From positions 6,625,607-6,689,606 of the forward strand of contig NW_002060945.1 of the NCBI RefSeq assembly GCF_000150275.1: 64,000 bases of DNA, written 5' to 3'. The stretch is from Trichoplax adhaerens. Lineage: Eukaryota > Animalia > Placozoa. Of this stretch, positions 29,057 through 41,193 are shown in pieces (position 1 is the stretch's first letter; every line of letters starts with the position of its first letter). The position numbers and the translations under genes were made by a program. A model generated the notes under the pieces. The model was not told the DNA's origin and made no database searches. It saw nothing but the letters and a program-made list of their open reading frames with translations.

Positions 29057-31458
29057 ATGAAGACACTCTCAAGAGTTTGTGTGTTTTTTATGCTGATAAT
29101 ATCAACGCCATGCATACTAGCACTGAAAGTTGGTGTGCTACCGCTGGTAGCTGGTAGCCACACATTATCCATGGATGCCATTACACGACAAATACTTCAA
29201 CGAGGCCATCAGGTTACATAAACATACGTAAAATGAAAAAATCAACAAATGGACAGGCCATCGTTAAAAGATGTAGTTAACATAAATTTCTAATACATAG
29301 TTTATCGCCACTTTAGATATTTTACTAAATTTATGCCATCAGCTATAAATGTAATTATGAAAAGTAATAAAGTACACAATTAAGCTGTACATTGGCTGAT
29401 TTTGCTATCGATGATGAAATCGATCGAATTCGAAGTTAGCTATGAAGGATAATAAATTGCAGAAGGCTAAAAATAAGTAAATACGGTGGACTGTATTATA
29501 ATACCACAACATTAGGTATCTCTGGATTTCATATACTAATGCGTCTAAATCTACCGCATAAAATGGAATATTATAACTGCCTGAGCCAAAATTCGATTTC
29601 ATAAATATCTTCTTAATATCATCTTATGCTGTCTTTACTTAATAGCTCTTACACTAATCGCTCATCCTATTTTAATCAACAGGCAATTACCATTATATCA
29701 AATGAAGATCGTTACTTAAAGAGACTTATGCCTTCTGCTCTAGCCTTGTATGAAGTTGACGAACCTTTAACTGAAATGGATTCACAGAAAATGTTGACCT
29801 CTAAAATTCGATTACAAATTCTGCGAAACTTTTATGAGATACAGAGCCGATATTGCGATGCTACGCTATCCAATAAAACGTTACTACAATCTATTCAAGA
29901 TGTCGATATTATAATAACAGACAATTTATACGTTTGTAGCATACTCTTACCTGAGCTATTAAATAAGCCAAGTATCATTATGTCATTTTCTGCTGGCATA
30001 GCCGGCATGCATACCTTTCTAGGAGAATATGAACCGACTACATATATACCGATTCATGGTTCTATGATATCATCACAGAAGATGACCTTTAAACAACGTG
30101 CTATTAATGTAATCCAAGGTAAAATTATGTATGCTGCTATGAATTACATCTCTGCAAGCGCTATTAATAAATTAAGATTAAAGCATAATATCAGTATGCA
30201 TTTAACGCTGGATCAACTACGTAGAAAATTTTCACTGCACTTGTCTTCAATCGATTTCTCAATCGAATATGCCCGACCGTTGCCTCCTTATATACATGTT
30301 GTCGGACCAGTTACTCCAAGACCTCCATCTTCATTGCCTCCAATATTTGAAAATATTATACAAAATTTAAAGAACCAAACTATTATTGTCTTGTCGTTTG
30401 GAAGTGAACTTCAACTTTCTAACGAAAAACTACCGGAAATGGTAACAGCATTACGACAATTACCTTATACAATTATATGGAAAACGAAGCAAAACATCCA
30501 AAATATACCATCTAATGTTAAAATAATGGAATGGATACCACAGAATGACCTACTTGGATGTAATAAAACCATTGCACTCATAACACATTGTGGATGCAAT
30601 AGTTTATACGAAGCAGCATATCATGGAGTACCAATGATAGGTATGCCAGCGATGATCGAACAAATGGGAAATGCCGCAAGAATGGTTCATGCAGGCATCG
30701 GAATACATGTCGATTTTCATTCTTTTGAAGCTGCGGATATGATCAATGCCGTTACAGAATTAGTAGAAAACTCAAGGTATGAGTTAGTAGTCATATGTCT
30801 TCATATAATAGTATAATTATAGACTAGGGCTACAATTTATAATATCAGTTACAGACTGACAAGAAATTACTAAGATGAAGAACACATACAGTACATACAC
30901 TCTTCTACTACGGAAAAGATTTGCATCATTAATTTTAAACCAAATCATTAATGACACTGTGGTCTGATTTCAATCCAAAGTAGCTCAATAGTAATTTTAT
31001 TTACTGTTACTGATATTGTACTATGCTTATACTACTGTACAGTACACGAAACTTGTTTTGCTTGAAGTTTTTACTTAAAGCAGTAATTATAGTTTCAACT
31101 AATTTGATATATTCAGTTATGCTGGCACGTTTACATGTAATAAATAATATATTACAGCATAGTAGTGCCCTTAGTGCTTTATTAAATGGTACTAGCGAGC
31201 TTTAAAAATCGAATCTATTTAACTAGGTACAAAGAGAATGTAGCCAAAGTTGCTAAAATTATTAAAAGTAACGGAAGATCGCCAGCGGACGCTATCGTCG
31301 ATTGGATCGAGTATGTCATACAAACCGATGGAGCTCATCATTTAAAAGTAGAAGGAGAGAGTTTATACTTTTATCAATTTTACAATCTAGATATTTTACT
31401 TGTCATTATTATATTTATCATTATTCTATATCGTACGATAAAGTTTTATAAGAATTAG
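29057..31458 (+). CDS. UDP-glycosyltransferase, copy 8 (C-terminal tail truncated)
   Basis: Exons 29057-29212 (MKTLSRV..AGSH..RGHQ, not in the ORF track), 29683-30776, 31227-31458. Full signature and TM helix, but it ends KFYKN*. Confidence 0.9.
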
Positions 31459-31990
31459 TGCTATAGTTCACAATCTAAAATAACGTAGACTATAAATAGC
31501 GTTCTTGTATAAACCAAGGATTATTACTATCTTCTTCCACAGGACGAATTACGCTAGTAATAGTAATAGTGCTATAATTTTGTACCTACTTGTATATTCT
31601 ATTGCGTAGGAGAAAAGTTTGAGAGAAATTTATTCAATACGAGCGATTTTAAGTACAATATCATGCATTACTGTGAACACTTTGCTTACTGTTAGTATCT
31701 TCTGTGCATTATTGTGTAATGCGATGGCCATAGCAAACATAATTGCTAACTTTGAAGCGAGATTTGATATTTCAGTTCCGATTATCCAGTATTATATATT
31801 CTAACGGATAAATACAATGGTTATAGGATGCTCTATCACTGTTGTCTTGGTGAAGGTCTAACATTCTTACCACGAATAGATTGAGAATTAATATGTCACG
31901 CAAATATTGACTATAATTAAATTATGCTATAGCAATGAAAAAATTGCAAAATTCTACAACTGCAATAAAAATGTACAAGTCGACAAAAAA

Positions 31991-33005
31991 ATGGAATTAG
32001 TATCAGTAGCTGTATAATTCATGTGTCTCTCATATTGGTTGATAATAGCATATGCATGCTAGCGTTAAAAATTAGTTTGCTACCATTGACTGCCGGTAGT
32101 CATACGTTATGCAAAGATGTCTATGCATCACAAATATTTCAACGAGGCCAACAATTTACATATTCTAGATAAGGAAAGGAAATGAATAAACTGACTAATG
32201 CAGCATTAAAATGTAATTTATACGTATATAACTAGACGATTTACTAACGCTTTAGATATTACATACTCTTTTACTAAGTTTATGGCATATTAAACACAAA
32301 TGTGATTGGCAAATATAATACGATATACAGACATATGCACGGTCATTGCAAGGCTGATCATTAATGAAATGTTTTATTGAAGTCAATGTTGGTTATGATG
32401 CATAGTAAATTTCAAAAGTTAGAAAATAAGTGCATTAATATTCTATTCTGTATTTTATTAATATGTCTAGATATACTATTAAATATGTTAATTTTATATG
32501 CATGAATTAATTAAGATGTTCACTTACAGTATATTACACTGTCTTTATCAATAATGTCGGCTACGTATCATATCATAATCAGTGATCCCTACCTTACAGA
32601 TTTAAGCCATCTGCTCTGATCTTGTTTGAAGTGGATAAACGTTTGATTATAGATTATTACAATGTAATCAAGATGTCAATATTGTAGTAGAATAAGGAAG
32701 AGTTTGCAAGTTTCCATGTATAGTATTATGGCCTGAATTATTCAACCAATGTATACTAAATATTAAATATCACTTTTTGTCAGTGTAATCGGTCTACACA
32801 CATTTAGGACTATATGAACCGGCTAAATGTATGTTAATTGATGGTTCTATGATTTTATTGCAAAATAAGCTTACCTAACGAGGTATTACTTTAAATCGTT
32901 GTAAATTATAAAACTGCTGGATATTACGATACCACTAACAATAGTATTAATTCAGATTGAAAGCTAGTATCAGGATATATTGAATTTTGAACAAGTATTA
33001 CGAAT
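31991..33005 (+). pseudogene. Decayed UGT relic (exon 1 plus 5' half of exon 2), paralog of copy 8
   Basis: 32053-32154 reads CMLALKISLLPLTAGSHTLCKDVYASQIFQRGQQ with the donor GT mutated to TT. From 32604 it reads KPSALILFEVDK, followed by fragments QDVNIV, GLHTF..YEP and GSMI. Confidence 0.75.
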
Positions 33006-33524
33006 TTAGCGGTAAGTGTCCTATAACAATGGGTTTTACATAGATGGAGCTATTCTATCCAGATATTTATTCAAACTGAAATGGATCAGCGGCTTGTACT
33101 GTAGAATAATTGAATAATTACATAATAAATGTAGTAGACAAATTTTTCAAGTCAAGATATGGGTAAGAATTGAATAAGGCTGCTCATCAAGAGGATTCAA
33201 ATGCACAATACAATATAGTAAATAGCTATCATGGAAATGATTGTAATACAGGAGGATAATTATATATCAATATCGCATGTTTGTATAATTGCTTGACTAT
33301 ACAGTAGGTCAAGAAACAAATTAAAAATTTACAGAATATAACCTATAGATATTATACTGACGACGAAATCGTCAACTTTTATGGTGGTACTAATATCAGC
33401 ATTGAAGGGCCCAGCTATAGCGAGGCATTTCTTCCTCGAAAAGTGTCCAACTATAGCACCCATCGAGGTAAGAAGAAGAAGTTCTTCTGGCCTCCATGGT
33501 AGTGTTACCGTCCAAGTACGAAAT

Positions 33525-33607
33525 CCAGTCAATTCGCGAAATGTCTAGTCAATTTGCGAAATGCCCAGTCAATTTGCGAAATGCCCAGTCAATTTGCGAA
33601 ATGCCCA
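33525..33607. repeat. 20-bp minisatellite, about 4 copies (CCAGTCAATTTGCGAAATGC)
   Basis: Exact 20-bp period visible at 33525, 33545, 33565, 33585. Confidence 0.92.
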
Positions 33608-34338
33608 AATATATTTCTTTGCTGATTATGTCAATTCGCTTGCGAAATTTGTGGCTATTGAAGAAATTTACGACATTCTGAGCAGTATCTAGCTCATAAT
33701 AATAGCACATAGCACATAACAATTACTACGCTGACTAGAAAAAGGTACTAGAACAGGACTACTGATGACAGTCATTGCTATCAGATTGCATCGAACAGCA
33801 GAAATTAGACCTAAGACACGACTCTTGCCAATCGCATAGCCAATTGTCATATTGGCAACACTTGAGTACAAATAGTATGAAAGGCTTGTCGCCCCCCTTG
33901 GATGTATTGTCGATATGTGTTGGAAACATACCGACGATCTCATACAAATTAACTAGCTAGCTGGTGCAATAGCAAGGCATAAGTCTCATTTTGGACGTTG
34001 TAGTTTGTAGCGAAATAATTTTCGGACTCCCTTGGTCTCTACTATCGATCGTAAGGTATATAGTACAGTATTACTTTATCACTCATGTATGGGTAAAGGC
34101 AGTGCTTATAGACTGTCAAATTCATCATCGCCAATAAATTGATGATCCTGTAGTAAATAAATAAAGTAAAATCTCATCCAATTCGTTTCTGGTAGGACTG
34201 CACTTGTACTTTGGACGTATTTTACTTCAATTCAATCTATTCTTTTACGATCAAGAGCTCAAACCAATGCTTTACGATAGTTAAAGTTGTCTATTTGGAT
34301 GCTCCAAACATCACTCTACTCCACCTTGTATCGATTCA

Positions 34339-35170
34339 GTTCTAGAAACGCTTCTCGTCTAGGTAACGATTGGATAGCAACGCCATCAATTCTCCTCTTC
34401 AATCTACTCTAATCAGTTCTCGCTATCATTAATTTCGATTCAACAGTTAAGCAGAACTACCATTATTCCATAAGCTAGTGCCAACTCCTTTTCCATGTAC
34501 TGTAATCAGTGCTCGCTAGTCACTATATATTGTTCTAGAAACGCTTCTTGTCTAGGTAACGATTGGATAGCAACGCCATCAATTCTCCTCTTCGATCTAC
34601 TCTAATCAGTGCTCGCTATCATTGATTTCGATTCAACAGTTAAGCAGAACTACCATTATTCCATAAGCTAGTGCCAACTCCTCTTCCATGTACTGTAATC
34701 AGTGCTCGCTAGTCACTATATATTGTTCTAGAAACGCTTCTTGTCTAGGTAACGATTGGATAGCAACGACATCAATTCTCCTCTTCGATCTACTGTAATC
34801 AGTGCTCGCTATCATTGATTTCGATTCAACAGTTAAGCAGAACTACCATCATTCAATAAGCCTAGCGCCAGCTCCTTTAACGTATACTACAGTTGTAATC
34901 AGTGCTCACTATCATTGATTTCGATTTAACAGTTAAGAAGAACTACCATCATTCAATAAGCTAGCGCCAGCTCCTCTACATGTACTACAGTTGTAATCAG
35001 TGCTCGCTACTTACTACCATTGATTTCGATTCAACAGTTAAGCAGAACTACCATCATTTAATAAGCCTAGCGCAAGCTCCTCTTACATCTACTGTAATCA
35101 GTGCTCGCTATCATTGATTTCGATTCAACAGTTAAGCAGAACTACCATCATTCAATAAGCTAACGCAAGC
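34339..35170. repeat. Higher-order tandem repeat: 193-bp units decaying into about 100-bp subunits
   Basis: GTTCTAGAAACGCTTCT starts at 34339, 34532 and 34725 (period 193). The subunit TAATCAGTGCTCGCTA..GATTTCGATTCAACAGTTAAGCAGAACTACC then repeats at about 34796, 34896, 34994 and 35095. Confidence 0.93.
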
Positions 35171-35204
35171 TTTTCTTATTTTTACTTTGTTCTTAACCTT
35201 CAAG

Positions 35205-36761
35205 ATGGACAGTAGACTTTCATTTTTATGTTGCTGCCGAAGGGGAAATGATGATGATGATGCCAATGTACCAGACTTGGTTAGTCGATAATAATTATTA
35301 ATTTAATCGATACGAGGATAATTTTGTAATGAATATTGTAACTATTACAATATCTAGCCTCAACGTCAAATCGAGTCTTCTGAGTTGATGCAACTTGGGC
35401 TTACAATATTTTTCTTTGTTAAATGAATCGATAGAAATGCTAGCTAGCAGTTACTTTTAACGTAGCTTTTTGTATTGTAATTCGCCTATTCTACACGTAG
35501 TCAAATGGAAAACCGCCATCCAATACGTTTACACTTGATCACAGCTGACAAGCTACGCGTAGGTATTGGATGCTGTAGTAAAATAAACCAAAATAGCCAA
35601 GTAGTAAATCACTCCAGCTGTCCTACGAGACAACTGCCTTGATTATTGTTTACCGAATCGCTCTGATCAATCATACCGCACTTTAGAAGAATTATGCTTA
35701 TTAACATTATACTGTATTTTTTACAGCATGTGTAACATTCATTGACAAGAATAGTTACTAACGTCAGTATAGAAGGATTTCTATTAGTACAGAGACCTTA
35801 GCTTAATTGTGTTAATGTCAGCAACCTGATCTAATAAGGTAATCACTAATGTGTAATATGCGATGTGTAGTGTGAATCACTAATGCATAAGATCGTTGTA
35901 TATAAGCCAAGATTTTACTGATTATAGTTTAGTTCCTCAATCTCTGGTCTTGACACTGATCTCCCAACAAACGTAATAAAATAGCCTATTATTATCTAGC
36001 AACGTTTAGATTACTGTAAATTTTATTACAGCATGTCAAAGTACAAAGCAGAATTACACCTTGAGTATCGACTACTTCTTCTACTATAATTCATCCTTAT
36101 TAAATGAGAGTCAAAATGTAGTATGACAATGCCAGTACTGACACCTTTTGATTCAACATGATTTCTTCTACATAGTCAAGTCGCAGTCTAATCATACTCG
36201 ACGTAATAGAATTTCTTGTTGCCCAGATGGGTCTCTACCTTGTAAATCACACTCAGTGTGAGCTTTTACGTCTGAAATGCTTAAAAAATAAAGTAATGCA
36301 AGCTAATTTAGAAACAATTTCTTATACTGCAGGAAGAGCGTAGAAGGCTGCAGTTAGCAGCTGCGGAGGATAGAGAAAAATCGGTATGCTTGATTAAATT
36401 GTATCTACTAGTTGAGAAATAGCATTACTAGTCTATACGCGTAGTTGATCAGATTAATTAAAAATGCTATAATTATCTCTTTATATTGACAATGAATAAC
36501 GCAGAATGCAGGCCGAGGGCTGGCAGACCCTGAAGGAGTAAAGCGTAGAATGCAGCAGAGGGAGAAAGCGCAAGCAGCAATTGCTAACCAGCCAGTGTCA
36601 GATACCGGCCTTAAGGTATAGTGAATACCTGTAGATGATGAAAGAATCTTTTCTTGTGCGATTACTGTATCATTATTGATGTACAAATTGCACGGCTAAA
36701 TGGCATGAAAACATATAATAATATAATATAAATCTATCTATAGTGGCAGGTTGGAAATTAA
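35205..36761 (+). CDS. SVIP: Small VCP/p97-interacting protein (84 aa, 4 exons)
   Basis: Exons 35205-35279 (MDSRLSFLCCC..VPDL), 36333-36383 (EERRRLQLAAAEDREKS, containing the VIM Rx5AAx2R), 36505-36615 (NAGRGLADPEGVKRR..GLK) and 36744-36761 (WQVGN*). All introns are phase-0 GT-AG. The layout matches SVIP PDL-EEKR..AAERR..RG..D..GLRW. Not visible in the ORF track. Confidence 0.85.
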
Positions 36762-39700
36762 CTACAAAACGATAGCAATGAAACAAATCACAGATGTTGA
36801 AGACTATTCTTTGGAAGCTAATTAATACTATATATATATTAAATACCGGTATGTCTTCTAGACATATTGAGAATAAATCAAGTTCACAGTAGCAGTTTAG
36901 CATACGTGAAAATGATGAACTAAAAAATGCTAATCATTTGCCTTATAATGCTTCCATAATAAGTAAATACTTCTTTACTCCTTTATAGCATAATAGTATA
37001 TTAATATATTCTTGCCAAACATAACTCTAGCTATTACTAAAATTGTGTTGTCAAAATCATATACTCGTATTTACTAGCAGCGATTGCATATGCATAGACT
37101 AACTTCTATTTAATTTAACTTAATGTTAAATATCATTCATTTTTCTACTGCGATTTATCCACAGTTGGCAATTTGAGAGACTTGGATTGTAAAATTTTCT
37201 TACTTCATCAATATTTATCGCAAACAAATCGGTAATACATTGTGCAGTATGCTGTAGTTTCAAAACCATAGATATCTCTAGAATTACTAGCATAGCTCTT
37301 TTACCTTCCATAGTATCTGCTTTGTCTCTTTTCATGCGTTTACTCAGTACTGTCTTCAATCAGATATTATTAAGCATTATTATCTTGCCAAAAAATATAT
37401 GATGTCGTTGCTGTGGTATTTGTAGTGTAGCTTGTATTAACGAATGTCAGGATCGCTATATGCAGTTTATAAAATAAAATAAGGCTTAAATCTCAAAGTT
37501 TATATTTAATTGTTTACCATAAATTGGGAGATAGGCAGATATTCAGGATAAGCACAGTAGTCGGTAACGTTGATACATAAGTAACACCCTAAAATTTAGC
37601 GGTTTGGTTACTTTGGACGATGTGAAGGTAAAACTGATTGAAAGGTTAAATACAAGAATAATTTATAAATCATTTTAGTATTGGATACAGTGTTTCTTAG
37701 TCGACCTAGATTGCTATTTAGCGAACAACTTTATAGAACTTCAAATTAAATTAATTTGCTCAGTTTTCTCATCTATATCTATCGTCGTCTACGAAAGCAT
37801 TTTTATTTTTATTGAAATTTCAAATTCTTTTTGAAAAGCAATATCAGGTTATAGCAATATTATTTTGGGTACTTAAAATCATATCGTTGATATTATCTTA
37901 ATCATATATCGCGATTCTTAAATAATAAAATGAACTAGCAAAAGAGGAAAATGAACATCAAAAACGACAAAGTAAACGTATTATCCAGTTAATTAAGCAA
38001 TAAAATTTATCTTGCGACTTTATTATTTGCAATTAGTAAGCTCCTGAATTAATTAAGACATGAAAGGTTTTAATATTAGCAATTAACCGCTGATACATCT
38101 TATCCATTCCATGTGATATGATGGTAAGCTATCTATATCTATTAAACGATGAAATTACGAGCTTGACTGTAGTGCTGGGGTTTTACAACCCCTTAGGTTC
38201 GCAATCGTCTTACTCAAAACCTGAATTATTAAAATTGAGCAAATCTCTAAGTGACACAAGATCAATTAGCTGAAACTACTACATTGACATTTCAAGAATT
38301 GCCGTAGTAGAAATGGTATTCCGTGTAATTCAAGATTTAATCGATGAATAAGCCCTTTGCGAAACTCTATACGACCTATTTGTAACTATAGAATATATAC
38401 AGATATAGAGATGACAATAATCTAAACAGTATTAATATCCATTTAAATATTTATTTATTTATGAAAAAAAGCAGTCATTTTTATCACATTTATTATTAAA
38501 TAATAATTATATTATCGTCAGGATATATAGCCAAATAGCTCGAAATATCTAGGTAAGCAGAATCAGTTACTTTACAAGTCGTTGTTGATTTTCAATCCGT
38601 TGGTAAAAGCTATTAAACCAAAGCATTGCTCATTAGCTGCTGCCTGGCAACTTTAAATCATAAACATTTAATATTTAAATCTTTCCATTCAGGTATGGGT
38701 AGAGAAGATAATTAAGTTTCTCTAATGAATATCTATGCCTCCTCACAACATACTGCAAACTAAATAACAGGTGTAGTACCACAGTTAGGTCTTCAGGGAA
38801 TTTAACAAGCAAGTAAGCAAAGTTTCTACTTCCTTTGGCTTACACGGTTGCGATATTTCTTTAACTATATCGTACAAAGTACGGTCAACGTATTCGTAGA
38901 CATTTTCCAACGAAGAAAATGATAAGATGATACCTGTAAGCGTATTATGCATTGTCTAGCAAATGATTCAGATAATCTATCCATTTCTGCTACAATTTGA
39001 GAGCAATTATCAGTTTCTGGTAAATTATTTTGATCTACAGTGGTATCTGATGTCTTTAATGTAAGGAAACAAAAACACTTTGGGCTATAGAAATATACGA
39101 TATTATCAATATAGATTATCTCCTTACTCGAATTATCCTGTAATTATTCTGTGGTATCGATGTTAGCTGCTAATGCCATGCATCATACTGCTATTGTTTT
39201 TCTATGTTTGTATAAGTTTCTTACCCTATTTTCTATCTGTTGAGCGCTATAAAATGCGTATTATCATTTATAGTATTTTGGCTTAAAGTTTCAGTCTTCA
39301 TTTTGCTAAATAGTCTGTAATACTAGATAGCGTGTATTTTCTATTTTAAACATAATTAACGTAGATGAGGGTATACGTTTTATGATAGACTCGGCGTAGA
39401 TTGGCGATATTAGGTTGTCAATGGTTTACTGTTATTAGTAATCATAGTATTCGTATTGCTATGGACTTTTGAAACACCTAGGCGATCTAGATATCAGAAA
39501 GTTTAAATTTATATATTTTACGTGAATTTTACTAGGAAGGTCCTTTCAACAAAGACTATAAATCTTTCTTCTCTAATAAGTCATTCTGCTATAGATCTAG
39601 AGGAAAATTTAAGTAGTAATTATAATTATAAATTAATAATTCACATCAGCTGCTATGTTGATGCATTTATAGTAGTATAATCAATAGTGCAGTACTGAAT

Positions 39701-41193
39701 GTCCTCTATACCTAAGAATGCTTCACAGTGTAGAATGTAAGGCTTACTATGTAATATTGATAGACAATCATACAACAAATCTATAAGCAATTCATCCAAC
39801 TACTTCAGTCTTTGATGGAGAAAAAACTGAGATAGCATAATAAACTCATAAATAATTATCGCAATAATTGACATCATTTTCAATTCTTTTCTGTCAAGAT
39901 CTATTGAATCTATGGAAACTCTATCCCACCGAGTGTATGTGTATAACATAAATTTAACGACGAACTGTGTCCATTATCATACCATACTATACAGAGAAGT
40001 AAATAAGCTGACACAAGAAGACTTTAATTAAGCGATTTATTCGATTGCCTCAAAAATACAACCGTCCGCTTAAGTTTGCCGTAAGGACAATTACACAACA
40101 ACCATAAACTTTAAGCGCTTGATTCTGCTATCAATTCACCTTAAATTTCATGAGAAAACGAATTTGAATTAACAACTAAATTGTATCTAGCCCTGCGTAC
40201 CGCTACTATTGTCATTCTGAGTAGAAAAAGAAAACATCTGGTAACATTGTTACAGTGCAGCCTCCGAAAATAGCTTGTGATGAAGTTAAAATTGGTATGA
40301 GAATAGTTGATGGAATACGCCTGATATAAGATTGTGCAACTATCTACGGATTGCATTGTACTGTAGGTAAACCAATTTATGTCAAAAAACGAAATTTTGT
40401 AAGACTTAAAAGTTCCTGTTATTTAAATATCTCCATCAATGGCATCTGATCCAATTGTATTTGGACAGACATCATAAAAATAAGAGTAACGCCTTTGACC
40501 ACCCTTTGCCTAAAATAATATTGGCCATATGAGACCCTTTGTGCTTCCTTAATTCCTTATGGCTATATATTACATACAGCCTAAAAGCTTACAACAGGCC
40601 AAGATCTCCTTTCTATCGACCTTTGTACAGATTCAAGTATATATTAAGGGCGATATTCGTGGTTAAATCTTGATAGCTATTGTACGCGTATTTGGAAAGA
40701 CAACAAAATTTACTGAATAAATGTTATAATTTATTCTTAAAATTGCATTAACTCACAAACAGATTGGACCGAGGTATAGTAGTCATTAGGTTGTAATGAT
40801 TATGTAAATAGAGATAACCTTACATATGCATGTACAGACTAATATGTAATTGTATAAACTCCTAGTTTAAATTATTTATTTCACACGATCACCATCGGTG
40901 TTTTTATGATACTCGCTTACTGTACTAACAATTAATTGTCCCCTAATTTTAATACATTCACCCTGCAAGACTAATTTCGTCATTGATTTTATAGCGATAT
41001 CAGGGTTGGCAACGCTCTCCTACTATTTGTCTCTTACTTCTTAAGACATACATCGTAAGCTGAGTGACTATTTTCCTTAGTAGGTGATATGCTCTAGAAG
41101 TAGGATTACAGAAAATCATCATCGTTTGCTTTTTTTTGTACTCTATTCATTATCTAGGTCTAAACCAAAAAGAAGTACTTGTACAAGACCGCC

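Noticed and set aside
33525-35170. Repeat arrays as CRISPR
   Set aside because: Eukaryotic context, contiguous units without unique spacers, and no cas genes.
36408-36686. 92-aa minus-strand ORF
   Set aside because: It is the antisense shadow of SVIP exon 3.
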